64,000 nucleotides of DNA from Amoebidium appalachense (lineage: Eukaryota > Protista > Ichthyosporea): positions 4,659,106 to 4,723,105 of the forward strand of contig CAVNZM010000003.1 in NCBI GenBank assembly GCA_963693365.1, written 5' to 3'. Positions 50,098 to 62,746 of this stretch are shown piece after piece. A model generated the notes under the pieces. That model saw nothing but the letters and a program-made list of their open reading frames with translations, had not been told where the DNA came from and ran no database searches. Both the position numbers and the translations under genes were made by a program. Position 1 is the first letter of the stretch; the number at the start of each line of letters is the position of its first letter.

Positions 50098-50655
50098 GCA
50101 CACACACACACCCGTAGACACAAACACACGCGCACGCACACGCACGGACACATACACACACGCACACATACAGACATGGGTACGCCCGCACAAACACACG
50201 AACACTTGCATAACAACCATCACAGAGAGAAAAGCAGATGGATGAGGAGGGGGCTGAAACGTGGGGCCGCAAGCACGACTCAGTACACGCTCACGACGGA
50301 CAACAGGCTGCAAGCCTTATCAAGGCACAAGGACCAAATCAGGCAGTATGTAGGCATCACCTGCCCGTCCCACCTCCTCGTCACCCCCCCCAAAAAAAAT
50401 CGCACAGCCCGCCCTCTCCCTAACTTAACGTCTCTCTCAACATTTCCATTCAAACCATCACCCTTCTGCACTCTCACTATCGTTCGCTCTACTTTCTCTA
50501 ATTCCCACCTTTGTCGTCACATAGAAGTCCACGTTCAGCCATGAGAGTGCAAGTGATGCCGGCTCCCCCTCCCCACCCGCCTTGTTTTGCACCAGCGGTG
50601 CGTCAATGTCCACATTGGTAAGGTGCCCCTCCTCAGTTTCGCCCCACTTGCCCAT
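43143..50655 (-). CDS. ABCG: ABCG (White-like) half transporter, paralogue 1, 628 aa
   Basis: Exons 50655-50509, 49265-49194, 48388-48261, 47483-47358, 46952-46796, 46394-46071, 45750-45415, 45014-44826, 44191-43978, 43336-43143 sum to 1887 nt in frame. Walker A GTSGAGKT, signature ISGGERKR, Walker B LFLDEPTSGLD, TIHQP, then the TMD ([18 protein letters not shown]-type motif). NBD-then-TMD order is typical of ABCG. Confidence 0.95.
43392..43550 (-). mobile_element. copy (B) of the ~200-bp element in the last intron of ABCG paralogue 1
   Basis: Near-identical to copy A, truncated, with G-runs on both sides (43367-43392 and 43550-43560). Confidence 0.8.
47528..47760. repeat. degenerate minisatellite, ~61-63-bp period, 3-4 copies, in ABCG paralogue 1 intron 3
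   Basis: tgat(a/g)gtattggac.a.tggttcc.catggttt starts at 47528, 47589 and 47652, with a weaker copy at ~47727. Confidence 0.8.
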
Positions 50656-52093
50656 TTTGGCAACTAGAGTTTGAGCTTTTGCTCAAAATAACGTTAAGCG
50701 GGTTGTTGTTTGGGAAGCGTTAGTTTTGTATTGTAGGGTGATAGTCGTTTGACAAAACGTAACAAACGACTAAGGACTGAGAGCGGGGCAGAGAAATTGC
50801 AAGGAATGTAAACGGGAGTTGGTGCGCTAACTGGTCATGTTTCAAGATGGACTACTATAAAGACACTAATAGATAAAATGTTTAATCTTTTAGAGGAAAG
50901 AGCCTGGAAAGTGTATGCATACACAAGCATTACCCCGATACTCCGTATATGACACGCGCCAAGGCTTGTGTACATATGTGTGTGCTGGGGTTGGTGAACT
51001 TCAGGTGAAGAAGGCCTTGTGTCGCGAAATCCTGCTTGTGTGGTGTGTGCGGTTCGTAGCTGTTGGGGTTCAAAATAACAATTTCAGAAAAAGCAAGTCA
51101 TTAAGTGCTGAAATGTAGGTAAATATGTGTTATTGATGGGGCTCAACGTAAAGGGATGTAATGTTCCGCACACACCCCATATGTACTGCTGTAGTTATAT
51201 ACCTTGCTAGAAAATGTGTGGTTTTGTTGTTTGGATATACTTATTAAACGCGACTAATTAATAATGTAGCCGCTTCACAGCATACAGAGGTTATTCTGTT
51301 GCATCTCAGCCCTAGAACGACAGAAAAGAAAGGGAAACCAAAAAAAATAAAAAATAAAAAAAAATAAAGTTCCTTTACTTTTGCTGACTAAGTCAATTGT
51401 TTACAAATAGTTAGAAGTCTTTGAATTGGACGTCATATACCCTAACACAAGAAATACAATAGATAAACTTTGAAAATGCACTCAATTTTATTCGACTAGT
51501 TCTGCACGCACTCCATTTTATTTATGTGGAATGTGTTTCATAAATTCTTGACGAACGACAATGCCACAATACACAATATTCGTACTTTTTTTTTATTGTT
51601 TTATAAATATTGATATTTACAAATCGGAAAACTTCGCCCCCTTGTATGTACATATGCACACATCCCTGGAGCGTGTGTTTGTATACATGTATGGAGAGAA
51701 ACGGCATTTTCCACTTCAGAGATATTGTTGTATAACGCCCTTATTTCTTGTTGGTATACACGCGAATGGCACATTCAACGTAGATGAAAGTGAAGCAGAA
51801 GCAAGGCGTCCACACAGGTACATGTAGACATCGCAATTGCAACAGCCCAATAGTACTACAATAAGGTAGTTTTTACGGCTGCTCAACCGTTGAGCAAGTA
51901 TATTTTCATATAGAACGCATTTGTCCATAGAAGCAGGAGCCAACTTTTTCGAGCCCTAAGGTTATAACCACATAACACAAGCAGCTGCATCAAAGGTCGC
52001 TCTTTCCCTCTCCATCTCTCTGTCTCTCCCCACACACATCTCATCTGCCAAATTCACTTCGGTAAGGCATTTGCTCAGCGGCAACAAACGAAA
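50656..52093. promoter_or_regulatory. shared divergent promoter region between the ABCG paralogues
   Basis: Positional inference only: a 1.4-kb AT-richer, microsatellite-poor spacer between two divergent ATGs. No specific motif identified. Confidence 0.45.
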
Positions 52094-53797
52094 ATGGTTA
52101 ACTGGGTTGTGTTCGAAGGTAACGAAGTGAAGGATGTGGACTGGGATGGTGACGGTAACGCAGGAAGGAACAATAACGAGGTCACGAGCCTAACTCTGTC
52201 TTGGCACAATGTCGACTTTTACATCACACAAAAGGTATGATGTGTGTGCATTTTGTGTCTACAGACTGTGTTTGCGTGTGCGTGTGTGTTTTTCTGCATG
52301 TGCTTTTGTGTATGCTTGTGCGTTTTTGGGCGTCATGTCGTACTTGTATCCTTTCCCTGTGGTGTGCGCATGCGTGTGCCGCATGTGACACTGTGTGCAT
52401 CTGTATGCTTCTGCGGTGTGTGGGGACCTCTACACTACCCAGAAAGTGGGAGAGGGCTTGTTTAGGTGTGAGCGTGTTCGTGTGTGTATGCTTCTGTTTT
52501 TGCTGAATTAATTAATTATTTGTTATTTTTGTGGGATAAGTTTGGCAGAAGAAACGGAAGAAATAAGAACGCACGTGGGGGTTGTGTAGCCAAGCGCGCG
52601 CACACACACACACACACACCTTATTTTTGCCAACACACACTCGCTAGCACACTTCAATCACACACAAACACACCCACTTGCACACACACACACACTTCCC
52701 CACCATTCCCCCACCCCCCAACACACCTACCCCCTCCCCCCCCCCCTCCCCCCCCCGGCCCACACCACCACCACCACCATAACCCACACACACAAACGCT
52801 TCATGGGCTACATGTGCATATGCAGACACAAACTCAGATGCACTGTGCCTCATGCACCCACCCACCCACCCACCCACCCACCCACACACACCCACACACA
52901 CACACATTCTTACTTGCAGAGACCAAATAAAAGTTCTGTCTCCTCTCTTCTTCCTGTTGCTGCATTGGCCTTTAGAAAGTCGAAGTCGAGATCTATACCT
53001 CATTTACTGACGTTCCCTGTTTTCATTCGTTGCCAAATCCCCCATCCCCCCCCCCCCCCCCCCCCAAAAAAAAAAAAAAGTGCAAAAAATAAAAGGAAAA
53101 TACGTATGAAAATAAAAAATCAATAAAATAGAAATAGAATAAAACAAGATTTAAATCAAATAGAAAATCCACGAGCAGCGGTTAAATAAAAACTAGATCA
53201 TCATATGAAGAGAGAAAGAGGAAAGTGTCCTGAGCCTCTCTCCCCTCCAATTACTTTGAGCATTCTGTGATTATTCTTTCTTGTCTCCCCCCCCCCCCCC
53301 CCCCCGCTCCACCCCCCCCCCCCCCCCCTCCCTCTCCCCCATCTCTCCTTCTCCCCCACCATATTGCCATGACCTTATCCAAACTGAATTAGTACTTTAC
53401 ATCTACCTACCCCCCCCCCCCCCCCCCCCCCGGTTTCGTTAACGAGGTGAATAGGTCGAAACTCGGGTACTGTGGATGACGTGGGCCCCCCCTGAGGATG
53501 GGCTCTGCTTATTATGCATACTCGTTATGTATGGCTTGCATTCTGCATCGTGTTATCCGTTTGTTCTTGTGTACTTCGTACTTTTTGACGCATTCAACCC
53601 CCCCCCCCCCCCCCCCTCCCCCCTCCCCTCCCCTCCCCCTCCCCTCCTTCCAGCAGTAACTGAGTTGGGTTCCGTCGACGAGGCGATGGGTATAAGCTCG
53701 GGTACTGTAGATGACTTGGGGCCCCTTTGAGGATGGGCTCTGCTCTATGTGTACTTTGTACTCTATATTGCAGTCTAACCCTCTTTCCCCTTCCCCC

Positions 53798-53828
<31 letters not shown>

Positions 53829-54059
53829 TTCCACACTCACACACACACGCACGCAAAAAACAAAAAACAAAAAAAAAACAGACGGGCAAGACCACCAACA
53901 CGAAGCAAATATTGAAAGGCATCAGTGGAGCCGTCAAGCCGGGAGAGATGATTGTAAGTCGATAGTGTTCTTGCTCTCTGTCACAACCCATGCACAAACA
54001 CAAAAACACACACACGTATGTTTTCACACAAACACACACAAAACACACACAAAGGTTTC

Positions 54060-54093
<34 letters not shown>

Positions 54094-54559
54094 GTACGTT
54101 TTCACATACACACACGCTGGGTTAGAACTGGTGTTTCCGTTCTGAATGGCATTCCCATTTCCACCTTCCGACACATTTTTTGGGGGGCATGCCCCCCCCC
54201 CCCCTCCCCCCGGCCGCCCCTTCTCTGGCGCATTGTTCCCCTTTGAGCAAGCTACACTGTAAGTGGTATACGGAAATGCTTTACTCCACCCACTTATAAG
54301 TAATGGTTAAAGCCATTCATGATTATATTCCCCATACCCTACAATGCCACATGACATTAAAACTTTAATTCACCAATCAGGCGCTGATGGGCACCAGCGG
54401 TGCGGGCAAGACCACATTCCTGAATCTTCTGTCGGGGCGAAATCTCGGAGACGGACGGATGGATGGCGTGATCAGGGTCAATGGGTACAAACGTGATAAG
54501 AGTTTCAGGTAATATTCTGTTTATCATTATACACGTCCCCCCCCCCCCCCCCCCCCCCT

Positions 54560-54607
<48 letters not shown>

Positions 54608-54915
54608 CCTTCCTCACTATGCAATACTTGGCGTTGTGGTTGTGGAAGTGAGAAGAGGTTTGGGATGACTGTTATCAGCACAAGCTCGAGGGGTAAATCT
54701 GTGTCAAGGAGTGAGGGGTGAGGGTTGAAAAAAGATTAGACACGATTCAGTCGTGGCATTCATAGTATGTGTCCTCGCAAGGGCATGCGCACAAGCACAC
54801 GAGCACCCGGGCCTAATTACACCCCACACGCCTCTGAATACAATCACTTGCACGCTCACTCCTACATTGTTAACACACTTACTCACTCACTCACTTCCTT
54901 ATATCCACACGCCCT

Positions 54916-54948
<33 letters not shown>

Positions 54949-55133
54949 CGGATAGCCGGCTACGTAGAGCAGGATGATGTGTTGATGCCACAGCTCACCG
55001 TTAAGGAGACTTTCTACTTTCAGGCACGGCTGCGTCTTCCCAATTCTTGGAGTGACCAGCAAAAAAATGAGAGGTGCCCCCCCCCCCCCCCCCCCCCTCC
55101 CCCTCCAACACACATACACGCACACACACACAG

Positions 55134-55188
<55 letters not shown>

Positions 55189-55681
55189 TATAGAGAGGAA
55201 CCAGATTAGATATTGCACGACTAACACCATAACTGCCCCACTAAGTTTAATCCCTTAAATTCTTAACGGTGTATTTTGATTGCAGGGCACAGAGCATCAT
55301 CAACGAGCTTGGGCTGGGGCACACGATGGGCACGCGGATCGGCAACCACCTCTTCAAGGGCATCAGCGGCGGCGAACGCAAGCGCGTGGCCATTGGCTGC
55401 GAGCTCATCACAAACCCCCGCATCCTGTTCCTCGATGAGCCCGTACGTAGATCCCCCAAAATTTCATACTGGCGGGCGAAAAATCCCCACCTCTGGATGT
55501 CATGGTTGTGTGTCGAATAGGAAACTCCCTGTGTTGTAGTCATGTGAAGTGCCCCACCACACACACGAAAAAATAGGGAAAGAAAAGAAAGAGCAAGAAA
55601 GAATAGGAAAACGATACGAGAAGAAAACAAATTGAGTCAGAAACTGCGCCATTTCCCAGCGTTTTGCACCGAACTCCCCCC

Positions 55682-55733
<52 letters not shown>

Positions 55734-56312
55734 ACACACACACCAGGCTCCAGCCACTTGCCCTGTATCCGTGACTGGTCGTACTCAAATCAATATCACA
55801 AACGTTAACACCTTACCTTCATTGTCAGCCATGCACACCCACCTCAAACAACCATTTCTGGTTGGGTGCTAATCATGGAGGGGGGTTACAGACCTCCGGG
55901 TTGGACTCATTCACATCATATCACGTGATGAACTTCGTCCGTCAATTGGCCGACAACGGGCGTGCAGTGATCACAACCATCCACCAACCGCGAACCACCG
56001 TTTACGATCTCTTCGATAAGCTTCTACTACTGTCGAGGGGCGAGCCTGTTTACTACGGGCCTGCATCGGAGGCAATTGATTGGTTCTCACAATTGGGATA
56101 TCCCTGCGCCGAAGATGATAACCCGGCCGATCATTTTCTCGATGTGACGACGATCGACGGCCGATCGGCAGCGATGGAGCAGGAGACAAAACTGAGAAAC
56201 CAGAAGATGGTGGAGGTGGGTTAAAGATGAGGTGTCATTGGTTTAATCATGCTGTGTAGGTTCGGGTTTGGGAAAGTTCTGTGAAGGGCTAATGGTTCTG
56301 CATGGTTTAGAA

Positions 56313-56355
<43 letters not shown>

Positions 56356-57071
56356 GGGGGGAGGGGAGGGGGAGGGGTGGGGATGCCAAGGATGTGTATG
56401 TGCACAACCCCCCCCCCCCCCCCCCCCCCCCCTTTACTTGGTGCTTCTACTCTTTTCTGCATATCCACGCTATAGTACACATAAGCACTTCGATGCATAG
56501 CACTTTTTACTCCCCCTCTTTCTCTGACTCACGGGTGGATAAGCACATACACAGGTGCTTGCATCTGCAGCATACTGTTGGTCACGTATAAGGGCTTGTG
56601 GGTAAAAGGGGGGAGGGGGGGGGGGATGTAAATGAGAAACTCCATATTGCAAAAAAAATTCATGCCACTTAAACCAAAACAGGCATTCCGAGACAGCAAG
56701 TATTGGAAAGAAGCCGACAAGGAAGGGGCCCAAGCCAAAATGTCCCCGGACATGCGCCCCGGCCGCGGTTTGGAGCGCCTGAACGCGCTCAAACAATTTA
56801 CTGTCCTCTGGAAGCGTGCAATCAAAAATTTCCTGCGCGATCGGCAAGCGGTATCGGCGGAGGCGGGGCAAACAATCTCGCTCGCATTTTTGATTGGCGG
56901 GATTTTCTTCGGGCTGAACGACGATCAGAATTCGATCCTGAACAGAGCGGGGATTCTGTTTTTCATTTGTCTAATTCTCGGATTTGGGCCGTCTCTCGCC
57001 GCCATTCAGTTGTTCCATGGAGAAAAGGTATGTTCTTTTGTCGGTTTTTTGTGTGTTTGCGCGGATGGGGG

Positions 57072-57112
<41 letters not shown>

Positions 57113-57174
57113 TTTGTGCAGGAGCAGGGCCGTTCCCGAATGCCACTTCCGTCTGAGGATGATTTCTTTGTACG

Positions 57175-57211
<37 letters not shown>

Positions 57212-58658
57212 TCTTCCCGGGTCTCAGACTCTCCCTCCTCTTTTGGGGCAGGAGTCAAGATTCTTAATATTTTCACTCCCGTGCTGTTAATTCTTTTTTC
57301 TATTCACTAACACCATCACCGTAACGCAATATGCACACGCACACGCACACACACACACGTACACGTACACGTGCATGTGCACACTCACACCCACCCACCC
57401 AACACCACACACACACACACACACGTACACACACGTACACACGCACTCATGCACACACACGTACAGGCGGTGTTCCTGCGTGAGCGCAGTGGTGGTGTGT
57501 ACCAGGTGCTACCCTATTACCTCTCCAAGTCTGTGGCCGAGTTTCCCTTCCAAATCTTCTTCCCCATCTTCTTTGCCTGTGTGGTCTATTGGATGGTTGA
57601 CTTCAACAACCTTGCTGAGAGATTCATTTTCTTCATTGTCGGGTGCATCTGTCAGGTAGAATACCAACCCTCCCCCCCCCCCCCCCCCCCCCCCCCTCCC
57701 CCCCCCCCCCCTTCCCCGGGGCCCTTTTCGTCCACACATCGTAACAGACGCATGTACAAACACATCAAACTTTCACTCACTCACCCACTCATCAAACCCG
57801 CTGGCGCACACAACAAAAAGGAAAATATCCACACGTGCATTCGTCACATTCCCCCAAACCCCAACTCCATCATTGACCCTCCTCGTACATGTTTTCAGAT
57901 TTCAAGTGAAACAGCAAGGTCAAGAAATGGTGTCATAGATTCATTTTCAGTTTGAGAGGCAAAACGACCGTACTTATGGATTAACAATGAGTGGCTCCTG
58001 TTTGCTATCCTGCTTCAAATCCTATCTTTCTATATAGGATTAACCATGAGTGGCTCCTGTTTGCTATCCTGCTTCAAATCCTATCTTTCTATATAGGATT
58101 AACCATAAATGACTCCTGTTTGCTATCCTGCTTCAAATCCTATCTTTCTATATAGGATTAACCATGAGTGGCTCCTGTTTGCTATCCTGCTTCAAATCCT
58201 ATCTTTCTATATAGGATTGACCATGAGTGGCTCCTGTTTGCTATCCTGCTTCAAATCCTATCTTTCTATATAGGATTAACCATGAGTGGCTCCTGCTTGC
58301 TATGCTGCTTCAAATCCTATCTTTCTATATAGGATTAACCATAAATGGCTCCTGTTTGCTATCCTGCTTCAAATTTTATCTTTCTATAATGAGTAACTGA
58401 CGGTATGCACACAGTACTTCACCACGCAAGGAATTGGCATCGCCCTTTCTGCAGCAACACCCACACCAGACATTGCCGCCGCCGTCGCACCCGTGATTGT
58501 CGTATTTTTCGGCCTTTTTGGCGGGTTTTTCCTGAATTCCAAGGACTTGTGGAGCGGGTTTGTGTGGATTCAAAAGATCAGCTTCATGTACTACATCTGG
58601 AGGGCCCTTATGGTGAACGAATTTGAGGGTATGAACTCCCCCCCCGCCCCCGCCCCCG

Positions 58659-58706
<48 letters not shown>

Positions 58707-58725
58707 CCCACCCCCCAAAAAACAA

Positions 58726-58767
<42 letters not shown>

Positions 58768-59105
58768 GGGTGCCTTCAGGTCCAATCAAACACTTCATCT
58801 ATCGCCACTATCACCGATCAAGTATATCTAACGCCCCTTACACCAACAATAAAGCTTGTCCAAAATATATCACTAGTCAAGCATATCTGACCTCCAAATT
58901 TCCTCGTGCAGGTCTGTATTTCACCTGCGACGCGGACGGTTCGCGGTGTCAAAGCACGGGCGAGGTTGTGTTGAATAATTTCGACTTTGGGGACACCAAC
59001 AAATATGTCGATCTGGTGATCGTTTTCATGATGGGTGTGTTCTACCGCTTCTTGGCGTATGTTATCCTGAGAGTAGTCGGCAAGCCCAAGGTGAAGATTT
59101 TCTGA
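52094..59105 (+). CDS. ABCG: ABCG (White-like) half transporter, paralogue 2, 629 aa
   Basis: Exons 52094-52234, 53882-53953, 54381-54508, 54948-55073, 55286-55442, 55892-56215, 56683-57027, 57467-57655, 58415-58628, 58912-59105 sum to 1890 nt. Same motifs and same nine intron positions and phases as paralogue 1. Ends KPKVKIF-TGA. Confidence 0.95.
53432..53778 (+). mobile_element. two tandem copies (C 53432-53597, diverged D ~53651-53778) of the ~200-bp element in ABCG paralogue 2 intron 1
   Basis: Reverse complement of copies A and B. C is bounded by C-runs on both sides. D shares ctcgggtactgt.gatgac.tgg..ccc..tgaggatgggctctgct. Confidence 0.8.
57987..58390. repeat. 59-bp minisatellite, ~6.8 copies, in ABCG paralogue 2 intron 8
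   Basis: Unit atgagtggctcctgtttgctatcctgcttcaaatcctatctttctatataggattaacc starts at 57987, 58046, 58105, 58164, 58223, 58282 and 58341. Confidence 0.95.
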
Positions 59106-60071
59106 AGTAAGGTTGGGGGCCTGTGACGAAGGAGGAATATAGGTCGTTGAGTAACTTCAAGCAAAAACCGGCGGGAAAAACTGTAAAATAGGAAAAGAGC
59201 GAAACGACAGGTAAAGCCAAGAGTGTGGTATGGTTTTTTGGGGGGTTGTGTGTGTTTTGAGTGTATATGGGTTGAGGATGGTGGTGGTGGTGGGGCGGGG
59301 GGGAGGGGTTTAGAAAATTCTGTGCGGCTCCAGGCCAAGTCGTGGAATTGTGATGAGAAAGCATATTATAATACATAAAGTTTTAATGTTTATACCTCAG
59401 TAATGATGTGTCCCCGGATGCCTGATGGCTTTTTTCCTGTGGTTGCAACATACTACATTTCTAGATTAGAAATGGTTTCTCGGCACAGTTGTTCCCTGAA
59501 AAAGGCCATCAAAAGAATATTTTTGAATTTTTATCCTTTTTTGGTTTTTTATTGTGGGTGGATGCATATGGGTTGGCGAAATTCTCATTGGTCGTGCATT
59601 ATTAGTATATCTCGGGGCTGCACTTATGTAATGTTCCCAAAAAGACGCCACACGCCACATGTCAACATTCTTAGTCAAAGTTTCTGAATTGGTGATTGCT
59701 AAAAGCTTGTAACTCTTACACAGGGTTGATATGTTATTGATAACTTTAGCATTTTATCCATTAGCTCTCCACTGAGGCCGTAAGCCGCTCTACTAGTACT
59801 ATGTGTACATCACGACAACAGTTATAAGAAGGCACTTCAGTAGCTACCACCGGCACTTAACAAGTAAAAAACTGGTATCAAAACCTGCAATCGTGGTAAT
59901 ATAGTACTCTGCCATGATATCTTGTGTTGGTGTGTGTGTGTGTGTCCGTGCGCATGTACATTTGTCTGTTGCGTATTTGTTTGTACATATGCCGCGGTGT
60001 AAGCGTGTGTGTATCTCTGTGTGTGTGTGCCACGGTGTAACACCGTATGTGTGTGTGTGTGTGTCTGGTTT

Positions 60072-60109
<38 letters not shown>

Positions 60110-60240
60110 TATCCTGCTCAGCTTCGCCTGCTCACGGCTATAGTGTAATGCAAGGCCTCCAATACCAAGAGTGTAGTGATATTCAATAGTGCATGCCTTT
60201 GAAAGTCCAAATTTTGCAATTTGTCCTCCGGTTACATTAT

Positions 60241-60324
60241 CCGCTGATAGCTCAGTTGGCAGAGCGGGAGACTGTAGTGGTAGCTGTCATCTCTAGGTCG
60301 CTGGTTCGATTCCGGCTCGGCGGA
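60241..60324 (+). tRNA. tRNA-Tyr: tRNA-Tyr(GUA) with an 11-nt intron at the canonical 37/38 position
   Basis: Acceptor stem CCGCTGA/TCGGCGG plus discriminator A, D-arm GCTC-AGTTGGCA-GAGC, anticodon arm GGAGA-CT-GTA-G[tggtagctgtc, 60278-60288]A-TCTCT, T-arm GCTGG-TTCGATT-CCGGC. Mature length 73 nt. Confidence 0.95.
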
Positions 60325-60337
60325 TTCTTTTTTTTTT
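60325..60337 (+). terminator. Pol III oligo(T) terminator of tRNA-Tyr
   Basis: ttc followed by a run of about 10 T directly after the discriminator base. Confidence 0.7.
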
Positions 60338-60914
60338 CCTTCTTCTTCTTCTTCTTCTTTTGTTTTTTTTGCGTGTGTACACGCGTGTTCCGGTCACCAT
60401 CTCACGACTGCGCGTGTCACTGCGTTGATGTACTCAGATAAAAGGGCTTCTGCTATGAACAAAAATTTTTTCTTCAAAAAAAAAAAAAGAGGGGGGGGGG
60501 GGGGGGGGAGGGGGGGGGGGGGGAGGGAGGGGAAGGGGAGGGAGGGGGTGCAGGGGGAGGCGGGGGAGATTCGGCCTGCAGACACGTCCACGCGGTCGTG
60601 CACATGCTGCATTCTGTCGGAACCACACCCATGGCCCAATTAGGTATGCTTTCTCCATGCAGCAAGCATTGATATTCCAGATTGTTCAGGGCAGTGAGCA
60701 TCTGAACTAAGAGATGGGGGCATCCAAACGACGGGTGGTCAGGGTGCAATGGTGAGCCAGGCAAGGGGGAGGGGGCCGGGAGGGGCGGAAAAGGGGGGGG
60801 GGGGGGGGGGGGGGGGGAGGGGGGGGGTGCCATCATACTACTTTGGGGCCGGCGGACCGCCGCCGGGCGACGGGGGGGGCCCACGCATGGGCGTCCAGCT
60901 AGGGAGAACTGCCT

Positions 60915-60958
<44 letters not shown>

Positions 60959-61251
60959 AACACACACACACACACACACACACCCACCCTACCCACTGAA
61001 CTACATCCACCTCCCCACCCACAAGACCACCCACATCAGGCCCGATGTATTCCCGGAGCTCAGCCTCCCGTCCGGGCAATAAATCAACAGATAAGCGATA
61101 ATATTACTATACTAGCCATTTCTTGGGTCCGCGGTCACACACATACACACACACACACACACACAGACACAGACACATAGAGACACACACACACACATGT
61201 GCGCACGCCAGTTTGGGGTTCTTATTCGCGGACGGTATCTGTACATGTGCA

Positions 61252-61291
<40 letters not shown>

Positions 61292-62239
61292 CACACACTT
61301 AACCATAAAAGGTTAGTCTTCATGCAACTCAGTGACACTGCAGCTGATTGTGAAGTCTTGCCCAAGCAGTCACCCATGCATGCATCCCGCCAAACGGCAC
61401 GCCTAAAATTTTACAAAGCAGTAAAAATAGGCCTAGGCATGCCATGCCTGAGTCAGCCTGAGTCGCCACGTACATGTATACATCCATATGACACACGTAC
61501 GCGCACCCGGCGCACGCAAGCGCGTAGGCTACTCAGTGTAGTACTCCGTGACGGTCCCACGTGCACGGACGCGCCCGGAGCTCCGCCGCTCAGGCACGTG
61601 AACTCAGCAGCCGGGCAGCATGAGTTCGCTTGTAATGCTGTACGCCGAATCTGATTGGTGTGACCCGATAGAAATTCAAAAGTAGCCAAATTTGTCTATT
61701 TTTGACGTCATTGATTTCCTGATTGGCTTGGGCAAGATAACGTAATTTTGTTCGGATCGGGTCGGGCTAAAAAGTGCGCTGAGCCTCTGGAATTTTGAGG
61801 ATTTATAGAGAGGCGCATCCGACTGAATCCGTCCAAGTCTTCACGAATCGACATTCGCGCTATTAGTGTAGCACCCCGGGTGAACAAAGTCTCTGCCGAT
61901 TACTCATTATTTGAATAAAAACCTGCGGGACTTCATTTTCACTTCGGTCACTTTCCTTTCACATCAATTTTTTTTCCCGACTTTTCATCATGGCAGGTAT
62001 ATAAGAGCTTTCGCTTCTTTCTTTTTGTGACGGGACTGAAGTCCGGTGCAGGGGGGATGACCTCCAGGCAGGTGCTGGCGCAACCGGGGTGATGGTTGTG
62101 ATCCTGCGGGCTGCAAGGAGTTGGTGAGCTACCTTACCTCTCTCCATCATGGTTCTGTCTTCGCGTCCTTTTACCCGCCGGGGCGTGCGGATGGTACTCT
62201 GATGGCCGCGAGGCTTCTCGTTTACAGACGGCGTCCACG

Positions 62240-62746
62240 AATAAGAAACTACCGCCCGGGGGGGTAAAGCCAAGTTTCTTTTTCGTTCTGATAGAGAAAT
62301 TCCTGTTTTTTCTGCCTTTTCGCGTTATTACCATACGCAGTATAAGTTTCTTTCTCGTTCTGATAGAGAAATCAAAGGTAAAACTCAGTCGGCATGTGTT
62401 AATGTTCCTTAGGCAACACCGTACTGATCATTATCGCTTTTTGGGAGCTTTGGCAGGATATATTTCTCCTGCTGTACGTATGGATACCACCCTAGTAGAT
62501 AAGTCTGTATGGTGCTCTGATGTTGATATTGCCTGGGAAGTTGTGCAGTGGCGTTGTAATTTTTGTTTTCATCGCCGCTGGTGCCACTTTTGTGCTGAAC
62601 CTTTCAATCGCAAGCATGTTGATAGGTGTGAGTTTTTATGTCGCATTTTACCCCTTTCCCTACGGGTGTCTGCTACACTGGCTGGCAATGTGACCACTTT
62701 AGACTTTTTTTTGAATTCTGTTGGTCGTCACATTGATAACTCGTGA
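62240..62746 (+). mobile_element. retroelement-like ORF fragment with a C-terminal CCHC zinc-finger motif
   Basis: Intronless open frame ...AWEVVQWRCNFCFHRRWCHFCAEPFNRKHVDRCEFL with C-x2-C-x7-H-x3-C at 62582-62629, resembling the C-terminus of non-LTR retrotransposon ORF2. No RT motifs seen. Confidence 0.4.

Noticed and set aside
53455-53505. Intact hammerhead ribozyme or C/D-box snoRNA in the repeat
   Set aside because: Core words are present but stem I cannot be formed, box spacing is wrong, and copy D has lost them. Kept only as a weak lead.
57987-58390. CRISPR array (also considered for 47528-47760)
   Set aside because: Units are contiguous with no unique spacers, lie inside eukaryotic introns, and there are no cas genes.
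60560-61100. Possible minus-strand exons downstream of the tRNA
   Set aside because: I could not find credible splice boundaries or homology.
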